Of a stretch of 64,000 bases of DNA, positions 1-15,000 are shown in pieces. Each line of letters begins with the position of its first letter. The stretch's first letter is position 1. The position numbers were made by a program, and so were the translations under genes. Source of the stretch: Phoronis australis (Eukaryota > Animalia > Phoronida); the NCBI GenBank assembly GCA_002633005.1, contig NMRA01000422.1, positions 248,001-312,000 on the forward strand. The letters are read 5' to 3'. The notes below the pieces were generated by a model that searched no databases, was not told the origin of the DNA, and saw only the letters and a list, made by a program, of their open reading frames with translations.

Positions 1-17
1 CGTAGAAATCGGAGAAG
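1..17 (+). CDS. 3' end of a CUB exon (..VEIGE-G), phase 1
   Basis: GTA GAA ATC GGA GAA G|gtaggt joins in frame to the exon at 2316, giving VEIGEGSNENRGLIGRYCG. Confidence 0.65.
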
Positions 18-3000
18 GTAGGTTGACCTGAAAATTTCAGTCTCAAATAGAGATAATTAATTACTGTAAAGCGTTGATGGGTTTCATTGGGCTTTGGGTA
101 CACAACTGTTGTATGGGGGCGTGGGCTGCTCTTAAACCTATCACAGCACTGTATAAGGTGTCACTAATTTTTTGGTGATTTTGGTCTTGAAAAAAAAGTT
201 CTTGGCAGCTCCAACAGTCTTCTCCACAGAACCCGGCGAGAGACAGTGCATTCAGACTGCCAAAATTCTCCAGATAACGAAAATCAGGTGAAAATGGTTG
301 TTTTACTCAATAATATTTTCGTGGTGAAACATTACAAAATGACGAAGGATATAGCAATACATAGAACTTTTAAAGAAGCAGCAAATACAACTAACGACAG
401 CGTACGATACATCAAGGGGAAGTAACATACCACCGAGTCCTAGAAGTCCCCTCTAAATTTGGGAATGCGAATTAGGGAACTTCATGTACGGCGCAACGTA
501 CTCACTAACGGTAAGATGTGCACGGTAAGATTTGCACGTGGTGCAAACATGATCTACATCTAACGCGAGTTTCCCGGCCTGTGATTATTGGCTAAAGAGG
601 TTGTTTACAGCGCCCTCTACCGCCCAACATTTACGACAATCTATTCCATAACAACTTCGCTTTTTACTGCAAATGTGCAACTTAAAATTTACGTTAGAAC
701 TTTTTCAATAATGATTTAGATGAGCTATATTTAGTCATGCAAGAAAAGAGTACATTGTCACTTCAAAATAATCACAAAATGTTCTCCTACAACTTAGGTC
801 CCACAGTTTAAAACGTAATAAGACGAACGTGACTGACTACAAGACAACATAAGAAAACATACAAGTCAGTCAATTTTATATCGACGTTCGTCTTTTTTAG
901 TTTTCATCGTCAACAACAGCAATGACTTTAAATATCACCTAAATTAGTTTTGCAAATAATTGTACAAATGCGTAGATTCGGTGTTTATTTTAAACAAAAG
1001 AGGATCACCGTACTAAGTAGCTCCAAACTATGGCACCAGATGGCGTTCTTTTCCTTTTTTAGTTAGTGTGAGAATTTTGTGCCGATTCATCTTGGTCGGT
1101 GCTTTCTCGAACGGGCCCAATAACAGAATCAAATATCAACTGCTACTCCTTGCAGCCTTAGTGAAATTATACACACTTCCATTGTAAAGGGTCCCACTTG
1201 GATGGACACGCGATGATGGAAACCATTATCATTCCTTATGTCTCTATCAATAGTTTTACTAAGACTATCGATACAGATAGCGAACCTACATCGATCGACT
1301 TACTAAGACTATCGATACAGATAGCGAACCTACATCGATCGACTTACTAAGACTATCGATACAGATAGCGAACCTACATCGCTCGACTTACTAAGACCAT
1401 CGATACAGATAGCGAACCTACATGTACATCGATTGACTTACTATAAGACTATAGATACAGATAGGCAACCTACATCGATCGACTCACTAAGACTATCGGT
1501 ACAGATAGCGAACCTACATCGATCGACTTACTAAGACTATCGATACAGATAGCGAACCTACATCGATCGACTTTCTAAGACTATCGATACAGATAGCGAG
1601 CCTACATCGATCGACTTACTAAGACTATTGATACAGATAGCGAACCTACATGTACATCGATCGACTTACTATAAGACTATAGATACAGATAGCCTACCTA
1701 CATCGATCGACTCATTAAGACTATCGGTACAGATAGCGAACCTACATTGATCGACTTACTAAGACTATCGATACAGATAGCGAACCTACATCGACCGACT
1801 TGCTAATCTCCACCGGCAAAGTCTATCATATTATCTCTGTCGATAGAGTTAGTATCTCACAATAGAGGCATACTCTGATATCTCCTCCTTAGACTTGTTA
1901 TTGATAGAGCAGAATTGATATTTCTATCAGTAAAGATAAGTCCGCGAGAAATCATTTAATCGTTACCCTTTCACAGTCACCATACGGGTGCATGTTATAT
2001 TTTTTGTAAGCAATGACTTGATCTGAATGAATTGTAAAGCAATCCGTGGTTTCTCTGCGACCGAAATGTCGATTCACTTAGCAAGTTTTGGTATTGACGA
2101 TGACTTAGTGTTTTACCATTTGTCCTCGTCTAAGTATTCAAATTTTCATCTCTGTGAAGATTTTCGTTGGTCTTCGTTTTATTTGCGGTCTAACTGGTGA
2201 ATAGGCACTCATATGAGCTAAATATAATGGTTTACTAATTTAGATGCAAAAATTCTTGAGACCTTTCTTGTATTCGTTTTGCCTCTATCTTTACTAATTT
2301 CGTTCCTGTCTGTAGGTTCCAATGAAAATAGAGGACTCATAGGACGTTACTGTGGTAACAACAGGAGTAGCACAGCCCCTCCACCTTTCATTATCTCACC
2401 ACGGACGCTGCGTGTCAAGTTCCGTACGGACTCCTCGTTGACTTACAGGGGTTTCCAGTTATCGTACAACTTCTCACGTGAGTCTTTGGTACTGCCGATG
2501 TTGTTGTTTTCATGTTGCTCATTGTAAAGTAGAAACGTCTTTTGTCAAGTGCTTAGGTGTAACAGGAAAATTTCACCATTTCACCGGCATAGAAGTCCTA
2601 CCTGCATGAACTTTGATGCAGACAGGTACACCATTCAGTGAATATCTGAATGCCCATTTCAAATACATCCAGAACGGAGACACGTTTAAACACGGAATTT
2701 TGAAATTCGAAACTTTGTCAGTTTGTGAATAGCTTGAAATCAGTGTAGTTCAGTAACAGCCTTTCAGTGCACCATTTGTCGGTTTTAATTCAACATTTGC
2801 GAGAAGAAACACAAATTTAGAGCCCCTATGAAAATTAATTCCGACCACTGAGTACGTAAGCTTTTACTTACTTGTTCCCAGTTTAATGTACACTACAGAA
2901 ATTTAAACACACCTTCCTGTATTACGCAGAATGTGGCGGTGTGCTGTCTGACGAGAGTGGCATTATTACCAGCCCCAACTACCCTTCCGCATACCCTCCT

Positions 3001-6000
3001 AACCTGGCATGTGTGTGGCTAATTCAAGCCCCAGAGGGACACAAGATTCAGGTGAAGTCACAACTCATCAATACAATAAACGAAGTCACTTCAAAATGCA
3101 TTCAAGTGGTGTAAGGATCTTATTTTCACGGTCAAGTTATAGTAGCTAGTATTTCGATAGTTTTTAGTCTGTAACGTCTCCCCATACATCTGGGTGGTTT
3201 TGTAGTCAATACGTTGGCGTCAATAATGTATCCTCGGCACTCCAATCCTGAAGGAAGGGAAGGACAAGCACAGCATGAGCAACCATCGTCTCATCAGCCT
3301 CTTCAGCTGCTCTGGAAAACTGATGGAATGCTTGCAAACGCCTGCAGTATTACCTGTAAAGGAACAGGCTAATGAACATCACCCAGATGAGGCTTCAAAA
3401 AGAAAAGAAACACTGATGATCAGATCATACTGCTCATCCAAGACATAGAGAGAGGCTTTCATCAGAAAATGAAGACACTGGCAGCCTATGTAGACCTGAC
3501 CAAAGCCTTTGACAAAGCCTGGAAGAAAGGTCTGCTCTTCAAGTTCTTCCCAAAGCAATTATACGGCAAAATAATCGTTTTGAGAAACAGACCGACTTTC
3601 TAAGTCAGGAAGTAAGCTGTAACGGATGGTCACCCATTATCCTATGGAGAAACAAAGACCTTACTATGAAGTCACTTCAAAAATGCCTGGAGGGAACCCC
3701 TGCATTTGGGGGCTGAAGAAGACTATATCTATCAACTAGAGCTAAAACAAGTCTCCATCTTCAGGCTGAGAAGTGGCCACTGTCAGCTCCTTCCTAACCT
3801 ATATCACCTGAAAATTTTCACACGAATGAGCGCCTGTGTGGCACTGACCATCAGACACCAGACCGCTCCTACATTCGACACCCTAATGCGCCAGACATGG
3901 CCCAGTCCGGTAGACCTCCAGGTTAAACTGTGGGGTCCGGCAGCGTTACTCTAGAAGACCGGAGTGAGGATTTAAACCGCATGACCGGGAACGCAGAAGA
4001 AGAAGTATCCTCGGCAGTGGCTCAAGCAGCCATTGCAGGAATGATTAGTGAACACGTGCATGGCATTTGATGCCAGTGACTGAAATACTGGGGCATTGAC
4101 ATGGTATTCATTGTCGTTGACAATGAGCTCCTCTTAGTACCATCTGTCAATTACATGTACGTCATCATGGTCATGTATACTAGTAGATTATATTTTGTGC
4201 CAAGTCTTTTCTTAGGAAAACGTCTTTGTTTGGCATAACATGTTCCAGAGAGTTTGGTGTTAATAACAGAAGACCAAAATACTTCTAAGTCATTGACACA
4301 GACCGCTTTTCTTGTCCTGTCCATTGTGACAACTTCACGAATCCACGGTTTTACCCAGAGTATTTGATCTAGAACATAGTATTACTTCACACATCTAAAA
4401 ATCGTACGAAAATAACTCAATGGGCATTTAAAATATGAAATCGTTCTTTTTAATGGATACATGTATCTGGGCTCGTCTTTCAAAGATTCTTTTAGCATGT
4501 GGTTGAAATTATGTCTTCCCCGTGCTTAATATTCTGCCGGGGATTTCCTAAAAGCACAATGAGGTTGTGTTGTAATAACATGGTTTTAAAATTCATTGGT
4601 CTATTTACTCTAGCCTTTAGCCTATTTACATGTACGTAGTTTGGGTCGACCATTCTACGGCCATCTTCAGTTGCTACACCGTATCTGATACACCGATGGT
4701 TGACACTTCTATTACGTTTTCCCGGTGCACGGAGAGGTTTGAGCACGAGGCCTTTTGATTGTCGGTCCAGCATAAAACACTTAGACATCCGAGTCATCCA
4801 TTTTCTTTGAACTACACTGTACTTATATCTCCCTTATGGAATAAGGGAGGGTTGCTACGTATGACTTTGTTGCTTGACAGACTGACTGGAGACATTGCCG
4901 TGTAACTTGCCATGGTATGTATAGATCCATTGATCATTATTTTTGTGCAGCCTGATTCACTGTAGAGTACTAGGTTCATAACGATGACTAGCAAGTTCAC
5001 TAGAGAAAACACTAGCATTTTAGCCAGACAGACCAGCTGTCCGAAAAGAGACAATTTTTGCTGGCAGTTAGTTTATTTACTCACCACCTGAGTTGCCTTT
5101 ATAAGCAAAAATTGATGTCAAAACACGTCCACTTTCTGTCATACATGCATATTGATTGATGTGACGATAAAACAAAGGTCTCTTACCCCTGCACGTGGGT
5201 GTCCTTTGAAGTAACTGATCTGGACACAAAACCGCCAATGAATTAATTGTGAAGTGTATTATATTTGCAGGTCCATACAGAGGATTTTAATGTGCAGCCC
5301 AGTAAAGATTGCCAGCTTGACTATCTGATCGTACTCAACGGTGACTATGCTTCTTCTCCGTCTATTGGTCGCTTCTGCAGCAACGGAACCAACGCACTGA
5401 ACTTCCGTTCGATGACTAACCACATTCGTATTGAATTTCGCACAGACGCAGTAATATCTGCCAAAGGTTTCAAACTACGTTACATGGCCGATAACACAGG
5501 TTTGTTCGAGAATATGATTACGAAAATTGTTGACATGGTAAGACTATGGTAAAATGCATCTCTTAAATAATATTCAGCATCTCTTGAGAAGATATACACT
5601 GTTCTTGAAACGTGAGGTTGAACAAGGTTATTACCTTTATGATATTACAGTGGCGGATCTAGGATACCATAAGGGGGGGCAACATATGTTGCATCGGCAA
5701 TTGGGCAAAGCGCGATTGTATGTGCACAGGCGGCCCGAAAGTTGCGGGCGCCGGGGATGTGGACCTTCTGTTCACAATATCTATTGATGGACTAAAAAAA
5801 GAAGAAAAGAGAAAAACGGGAACACAATTCCGCCACGATCTAGGGTCTGAGCCCTCCCCCGTCATCCGCTACCAGTCCTAGTTCCTGAACTCAATATTTC
5901 CTCACGCTTCACGCTCTTGCTGATTTATTTTGCTTGCGGCAACCATGGGGGGAGCCCCGTGTCCACCCCCTAAATTTGCCTATTGTCTAGTCGTGCAGCT

Positions 6001-9000
6001 GTATGAAAACTCAAGTGTAAAAACAGTGGTCCGTTAAAAGTCCATACAAAAATGTGAAGACAGGGCTTTACTAACAAATACCATTCCATAGAGCTTCGTG
6101 GCCTTCTGTGCATCCACATTTACATTATGCGGGTGCATGTTGCCATCATCTGGCGTCCTGGCGTCCAGGCGTCCGGCGTCCACAGCTGTATCTCCAAAAA
6201 TCCTATTCTGCTGCCCCGGTTGCCATTTTTGTTACTTATGTCCGAACTTTCCATTTGGCAAACCTCTCAAAGGATCATTTCCAAAACTGGCAGTTGTTTA
6301 TGCTGAGAAGACCACATCTAACTTTGATTTTGGGACGTATCCGACTTAAAACCGCTGAATAGTCGTGGACGCGCTGTTGTTTTTTTGTGTTAAGTGACTT
6401 GAGTGCTTGTTTAGGTCTTTTTCACAGGGCAGCGTTACAGCAAGCAGTCTTGCTGAGAGGAAATTACTCGATTTCCTCACAACTGTTGAACTCCAATAGT
6501 TAAAGTTACATTACCAATTGTTTGGCTGTCACTTTGAACACATTTCGAGTTCTTAACCGAATAGTCAAAACTGTAACAGCTGATCTTTGATGTACTTATG
6601 GGATATAGAAATGGTGTCACGTGATTGACCTATTTTGAATGGATATTCCTGCCCGCCGAGTATAGAATTTCACGGTAAGTCAACTCCAGTAAATGAAAAA
6701 GAAAATTTTATGACGCGTTTCTTGACATGTTGAGGATTAATGTGTCCTTCTTGGTATTATCGTGGCAAGAAAAAATTTTGAGACCAATTTTGTTAGTGTA
6801 AAATGCCTGCAGATGTAAGTCAGTTTATTTTTAGCCAGCTAAACTAGGCGAAATGCAACTTTGTTTACAGGTTGGAACCCTTTTCGAGATTTTCAAAGAA
6901 GGCAAGTGAGGGCTCAGAACTTTACACTCTTTCTCTAGGAACCAGATGAAGTTGAACTATTCTTTATGGTAGCGTTTACTCTACATAACCGACCTTTATT
7001 TCAGGTTGAATCTCCAAAATATCGCCACATGAGGTTTAAGTTTAACTACTCCTTAACACGTTAAAACCCCTGCTTACAGCACGTGCAGTGTGGGTGCTTA
7101 TGAAACGTGTTACCCTCGTTAGTAATTGAGCTGCACATTGCAATCTGTGATCGTGTTTCCATCTGTATGAGGGCTAAGTTTCCTTGTTTTGTTCATGTAG
7201 GTTGCGGTGGCTTTTGGCATTCCTCCGCTGGTCAGCTAACTTCACCCAACTTCCCAAACCACTACCCACACAACATCGAATGCATCTGGGACATTATGGT
7301 CGCTCCAGGGAGTCACGTTGATTTTACGTTCAACACACCGTTCGCTGTCGATGGAGAGCCCGGCAAATGTACTTATGACTACGTAGAGGTAATTTAATCC
7401 ACTTTCAGAAACTATACAATAAAGATCTAACCCTTCGTTAAGCGTTTTAATGTGAAATTCTGATTCTGTCACCTGATGTTGTAAAAGTAGCACCTCTGCT
7501 ATAAGATAAAAGTATTGTCCAGCTGTAACAAGTTCACATAGGACATTCTATGCTCGAAGTGAACGGTTTACATGTATTCTTCCGCCATCGAATTACAGGT
7601 TAGTTACGCTTCCGATTGAGCTTTAAGCAACTTTGTCGTAGTTGAAACCTTTTCATGGGCTAGAAGATCTGTCAGTGTTCTTAAAGTGCGCTTCAGTCTA
7701 TTAAAAGTTGATGCTTGCGAGACTATTCTTGAAAGGTTCGCCACAATGATTCATTTAGTTACCAGCCCCCTGCCGTGGGTATGTTGGACGAATAGAAGTC
7801 CATGTTTTTTACGTGTAACACCTTTAACAAACACATCAATGTGTTTAGGTCAGTGATTACATATACAAGACTGGGAAATACACGCCGATCCTTCATGCGT
7901 GTGGAAACAGGTTACCACCCTCCCAACGTTCGTCAAACAATCGCCTGAGGGTAAAATTCCGTTCAGATCCCTGGACCAACGCAACTGGATTTTCTGCCAA
8001 CTGGACAACAGGTACCTAACACGCGGCAAAAGCTTAGTTTTCTAGGGCGTTTTCATCTACAATTTCGCAGCATGCACGATTGCAGCACTCGCGAAATAAA
8101 AACTATGGGGTAGCGAGAGGAAAACTTGGTGAAAAACGCGGAGTGAAAACTGCAATAGAAAAATCATGTTTTGAAAATGGGCAACCCTACAGAAACGTTT
8201 TCAAGATTCACACACGTTGTTTGGAATGGGTGCACTGAAAGTGACAACCAACCCCTCATGAGGTGCCGTTACCTCGTACAAGCATCCACTTATTAGTGCA
8301 CACTGGACACAGGACGATTTCCTAATGGTCTTGATTATGAATCAAGTCATTGGCGTGTGCCGTGTTTTTACGTCACGATACTTAATACTACATGGTGATT
8401 CTCTCGAAACAGGCTCCAAACGTTTGTTAATCATTTTCCCAATAGTACAGGACCTTCAAATGTTGTGTATTACTGGTGTATTAAGCTCATGCTGATGTTG
8501 ATCGATTTGCAATGCAAACATTTTCGGCGGCGCCTTAGCAGTCCGGGTGATTATCTGTTATTCTGTGCTTGATTTTATTTTGAATTATGCGATGACCCTT
8601 AGATTTGAGCTAATGAATCGAGTAAAAACTTGAGTATTCGAACCCTGACACGAACTTGTAGTTTTATTGCTTAGGTCGTCAAATGCAAGACAGTCCTACA
8701 CAGTCACCCACGTTAACCATAGCACAATTCAGCACAGATAACGCTTATCTTCAGTTCGTACCAAATTACAACGCGTATGCGTGTGTGTGTAGTTGTTGCT
8801 TGTTCGATGTGGACGTTTTGATAACCTAAAAGGAATTTATAATTTGTCAGTGTTTCAAAAATAGTGAATCTGACGATTTTTTAGAATTCTTGCAACATTC
8901 AAAATGAATAACTTTCACATTGACATTTCAAGAATTAGATTCGTAGTAGTTATTTTTACGAGTCCTCCTTCTTCGAGTAACCAGGACAGGGAATTGCGAT

Positions 9001-12000
9001 GTACTGTCACAGATTCCAGTTACCCTTACAAAATACACACTAGCTATACATGTACGTGTCCTCCATTAAAACATTTGTGTTTTACTCTAGTCTGAGCTGT
9101 ACTGGTACTGCTACACTTGCGTAACCAAAGGCATATGTAACAAAAATGTGAAATTACGTGGCTTACTAAAAAGTCACCTTTTATTAAATTAGTGACTGAA
9201 ATCCTTTTGAAAATGGAAAAATTTTGTTGCAGGATATAAGTTTTATGGTTTGAAGACTAGTATGCTTTCAATGATCGTCTTACGTCGCTGTAAGAAAACG
9301 TTTTTTTTCTGGATTTTGAGTACATCAAAAGTTAACGATGTGACTTCTACACAAAAACCTACAGAACTAGAATTTCAATTTCTCTTTTGCGTTTTATTTT
9401 GATGCCCATCGCTTTCAAAAATAAATAAGACTAAAAAATAGCAAGTCAGCGACTTTGTTTTTGAGCTAAATTAGCCCAAACATCGTCATATAAGGCTGCC
9501 CCATTTGACCTTAAATGGCACCAGTTTCATAATCACGATTGCCCCGCTAGATGGCAGTTATGTTATGTTGTTGGGATTGGGAAATAAGTTTAGTTGATGG
9601 GAACAACCGTAGGCAAGACGTTTCTCCTTTAATAAGTTTAAAATTTCTGTTTGAATTAAGTCACGCCTATTGTCTATACTTGGGTTTGTCTTGTATGACG
9701 TCAATATGAAATTTGATGTGCGCAATCAAAAGCCAAAATAATAAAACCTCAACGCAAAACAAACTAAATGTCCTTTTATTTGAATTACGGTCGAAACCCC
9801 TTTAATATACGTATAGAAAAATTACTGAAGAGACAAGGCAGAAGAAAACTCGTAATAAATTTGAAGCAGAACCTGGCAAATCTGCTTCTTGGGGACCTTC
9901 ACGGTGAATATTGCACGAATTTTCGTAAAAAATCGTCAGGTTCACTGTTTTTGAAATACAGACGAAATAAAAACTCTTTCCCGATACAATTTTCAAATTT
10001 TCCGCCCCTAGTAACATACATGTGCGCGCATGCGCTTGAGAAAATTTGTCACTATAACAGTATTGCGCTGCATTCGCTGTCAGTTCATCTAATCCTACTT
10101 TCAAACCACCACAAGACCAACCAGACCGTGTTGCCGTCTTACACAGTTCACTATGCATTAAACAAAACTGAGTTTGGCCTTCAGGCTTTACCACTCCTAG
10201 TCTAAACTTCCACGAATATGGTGTGTGAAACAAAAGAAACAGTTGTACAGAAAGGCCTGCAATTTCTTGCGTACTGCACAGTAAAAAAATTCTTCACTTA
10301 CATGTACTTATGAGACCCACGGACCGTGTCAGACTTTTTATTAAAAGCATGCCCTCTGTCAACTTCAATCGTGCCAACCTTAAGTAATTGTGCTGAAGCC
10401 TTGTTTTTACCATTTTTAACGTTTGAGGAGGCAGTGTAGCCTGGTTGATACTTGTAAGTGTCCACTTTCTTTACTCGAGGTCGTGGGTTCGAGTCCCACT
10501 AGGTCACACTGCTTAACCCCTGAGCCAGGTTTCTAGCTCCTCAGCTCGGTTTTAATAAAGCATAAAAACTGGTTCCAGGTGATCAGTGCAATGGGCCCAC
10601 ATGCGAGGCCTGCGCACGTCTGGTGCAACGCGTATTAGACCGCCTGCATTTTTTTTTATTTTTAACGTTTCAACAACTTTTTTGAGTATTTCCTCGCATA
10701 CGTTAACGTCATTGGCTTTGGGGTGCCATTGTTCAGTCTTTCCTGGGCACACTGATTATTATTAAAAGTAACAGTGCAAGGACACATCATTTGGGACTTT
10801 TTGTACTAGGACCAAAGCTCGTAAATCGTTTCGATGTACATGTACATGCATGTCACGAAAAATCTGTTTCATTTGAATTTTAATATTTTTGGCCAAATTG
10901 GATTCAGATTTTGGTCAGCGCATTTCAACAACAAAACGATTTGATTTTTATTATAGGGTGTGGCTTCATCTCCACCGCTCAATCAGGAATATTCTCCTCC
11001 CCTGGGTATCCCAGAGCATACGACCATAATGTCAGATGCGAGTACCTCATCACCGGCGACCCTATGGAGCTCATTATTGTCGAATTCAAGGCGTTCAGAC
11101 TGGAAGGTAAGTATATCTATTATTCTAAAGAGGTTCCCTAAAAGATGTTTCCCATTTGGCAATAATTTGTCCATCACACGAACTACCCAAGACTGAAACT
11201 CCATGAATGAACGAGGTATGGAGTGCCAACTAAACACTAGATTGCAGCCTCTGTTAGCAGGCGTTTGCAGGACCCCCATCAAAAATGTGAAATGTGTAAC
11301 CGGCATTTTCATCATATTTGATCTAAGAATGGCAATAAGTTTTCGTCGTTGCTATCCACAGCTTAAGCAAACATACTATTTGACCGGAAAGTTGCAATCA
11401 ACTCGGCGGACTCTCTTTCGTGCCGAACTAGGTTTCTAATCAGGTCCCTGCCATTGACATAAAGCAGACCCAAATTTTTCCATAGTTTTTAATTACCCTA
11501 TTGGTCAATCCTTGGCAAACTGTTAACATTTTCAAAAAATCCCAATTCTGATTGTCTGTTATCAGTTTACCCTGCTTGTCCGTCCAATATCTGAACGAAA
11601 ATAGTTTATTTTAGGGACCTAAATGGCTTCCTCGCAATCGCGCTACTTCAGTAAGCATAAGTGGAAGTCACAGCTCTGATGCTTGAGAGGATTTATCCTG
11701 CAATAAACTCTTTGGCTAAAATGCAGTCTCAAAGTCATTATAGTCTGATTGGAAAAGAAGATAGAAATTAGGTTATCGTGAATTGATGAAACTGGATACT
11801 GTCACGTTCAATCTCAAAAAAGCGTGCCGAGTTTTGAGGCTATAAGCTCGTCACAGGTCGCTTGGACTTCTTTGCACTCTGCCAGCTGCAGCCCAATAAA
11901 ATGGCTGCTGTCAGAATAAATATTGATTAAGTAATTAGTAAGAATAGATCCATTTTTAAGTTGCCCAAAATTTGTGCATATGTACTTTCAAATCATGGGG

Positions 12001-15000
12001 TCAGACTTGTTGACATGTATTTTAACGTCAAAATCTATTTTTAGATGGTGTTTACAACTTTGGGTTCTGGGGTCAAAGTACTCTAGAGATTCTAGAATAT
12101 TCTGAGAACAAATTGTAACAACCAATAATATGATTGGATATGATCATGTGGTTTTTATTAGCCAATCACTAAATAAGTAGAATGTTATATTAGGGGCTGA
12201 AATTAAAAAGATAATTAGATGACCTATAGTAGTTGAAGCATAAACACTTGCTTCAATGTACAGAGGAACTTGTACGACAGAGCCATCTCGTGGAAGGTTC
12301 TAGAAAGGATCTTGGCAAGGGCAAGGGTTAATGAACAGGAAGTTAACTAAGAGCTTGTCACTTGCATTGTGGGTAGTAAGGTACTACCTGAAGTGTTGCG
12401 TCATCAGCCAGAGACTGTGACCAGCACGAAGAGTCGCGTGTAGAAGAAATTGCCTGCAGGTGTTGCATCACCAGAGACGGTGACCAGCAAGTACACTGTC
12501 GCTATGCAGTGTGTGTAATTCGAAGATTCACCAACAGGACAGACATCCAACAAGTGGAGAGTCCTAGCTTGGATAGCAGATAAGACATTTGATTGTTTTG
12601 GTTGTTTGATTAAAGTAATCTTTAAAGAGGGCGCTAGCGTAGTTATTCTTTGTAGTTGATTACTTAATTAACAATAGGTTTCATTTGTCTAATTAGGGGT
12701 TATAATATAATAAATTAATTACTGGATTTGATTATTCACTCTCCAACAACGCACAATCTCAAAGCATAGCTACCTTTTAAACAAACCCACAGTCAATAGC
12801 GGAGTTGCAACCGAATCGATTTAACAATTGCGCATGTCCGGAAATTAGGGTGCGCAAAGGCTATTGGGATTGATTAGGGTATATGGAATGGTCGATTGGT
12901 TTGCACTACGTGTGATTTGTGTGCATTAAACTACTCTGCTGTATGTAATTCTGCCGCTATTCGCCCTAATAAGCGCCCATGCCCCGATAAGTGCCCCAAC
13001 GCGTTTTCAGACTTTGCTTAAGTAAGCGCACAGCCCATGAACTACCTGCGAAAAATGCCTTACCTACAGTTCTTACGTCTCCAATTTATCAATTGAAAGA
13101 TCCGACAGTCCTGAATTTGTAGACCACGAGCCTCACCGTTATGTCCGTACACACTTCAACTTACGCCGCGATTCAAAAAGAACGCAGTTTTGCTGCTCTT
13201 GCGAGGGATGTGCCCCACTATGCGGGTCTGTACTTTAAAAACAGACGCAGCGTACTTGTCAGCGGGATTGCATTGTTTCTTTCCGGTACAGATCTTCTCC
13301 GGACTCAATCAAACTTCTTTGTACACGTAAAAACCGTGAACCGAAGACTAATAAAAAAACTCAACCAGTGTTAGCACGCGGCCAAGAAGCGAGTGCTGCA
13401 TAATGTACCGGCTGTCATCGAAGACATTTTGTCGGGAACTATCTATTCATGTCAAACGGGTAACATAGCATCGGCAAGAAATAAATATTGGCACTAATTT
13501 CGAAAGTTCCTAATACCGTAAAAAACTTTTGCATTATTTTTAAGAGAAATTATTTAACTAATCATAATTGGTGTTTTTAAAGTCGAAATGACACACCGAC
13601 AGTGAATATATTCGCACCCTTACACCCCAAATCTTCCGGAAAATAGCTGTTACACTACGGTCACGCATCCACTCACCCGGCGACTCAATGAGTGACATAT
13701 CGGTTTTACCGAAAAAATTCTCGAACGTTTTTAGCAAATGAGGCCAGCAAAAGCTAAGCTAAATATTAAAACACGCTCTGCTTGACTGCTTGAGTTTACT
13801 TAATTTCTTTGGATACAACGCACACCGAGATCATTACATCGCATTTACTCTGGCAAATGAACTCTGATGACAAGCACCCGCACGCTTACTCTCACACACA
13901 CGCATACAAACTTCAAAACAAACGTCACGTGACAACAACATGTGTGTTCCTCCAGAGACTTTTCTTGTGTTGCGGGATACAATCTAGCGAAGATTTGGAC
14001 TTAATCTGTAGTTAATCCAGATTCCACAAGAACTGAAAAATCTTGGAGACGCTATTTGGAAAACAGGTAGTAACTAAATTCTTTATCTCGCTAACTGGTA
14101 TTATAGCATGCCAGGCGCACAACACGTAAAACCTCCCTGTGGCCGGTTCGCCCCCACGCTTGCCGGCGTACTTGTTTACCGGCTTAACCACAATGCGACA
14201 TTCTGACCCATTTCCAATATAGTGGCGTTGCAATTCCGCTATTGTCTGACATTTGGGGGCCAGTCCGGGAGTGTTTAAATAAAGGTTTACGTGGTTGTGT
14301 TGAACTGTTTTGAACCCAGTAGTTACCGTTTGAATATTAATTAGTAAGGTGCATTTTGGGAATAAAACCCTTCCTCTAAAATGGATTTTGAAAAGTATAT
14401 TGTGCAAGCAAAACAATTTGGTTATACCGGTGAAGAGTTAAGGAAGTGCGCAGAGGAGCTCTTGCAGCAGGCCTTGGAGCGTGAAGAACGTGCCCATAAA
14501 CGGGAACTGGAACAAGCAGAGCGTGCTCATCAACGAGAGCTAGAGCAAGCTGAATACAAACACAAGCTTGAGCAAGAACGAGAAGAGCGGGCCCAAGCAA
14601 TTGAGATTGAGAAGCAGAAGACACTGCAACTCCAGATTGAGCTCAAAGCGACACCTAGTGGTGGGGCTTCAAGCAGTGGTGTACGTACCAGTCGTCCCAA
14701 ACTGCCAAGGTTCGACGAGCGCGTCGATGACATGGATGCCTTCCTAGCCCGATTTGAGACGTTCGCCACAAGCCAGAAATGGGATAAATCGGAGTGGGCT
14801 GTGGATTTGAGTCCATTGTTGACAGGAAAGGGCTTACAGGTATTTAACAATATGCCGTCCGACCAAATTAACAACTATGACCAACTAAAGGTGGCGCTGC
14901 TGCACAGGTATGAATTAACCGAAGATGGGCTTCGACGAAAGTTTAGAGAGACCAAGCCTGAAAAGGGTGAAAATGTGTTCCAATTCGGGGCAAAACTGAA

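Noticed and set aside
1256-1806. CRISPR-like array
   Set aside because: Units are contiguous with no unique spacers; eukaryotic intron; no cas genes
10428-10510. tRNA gene
   Set aside because: A/B boxes only; no acceptor or anticodon stems; fits a SINE head
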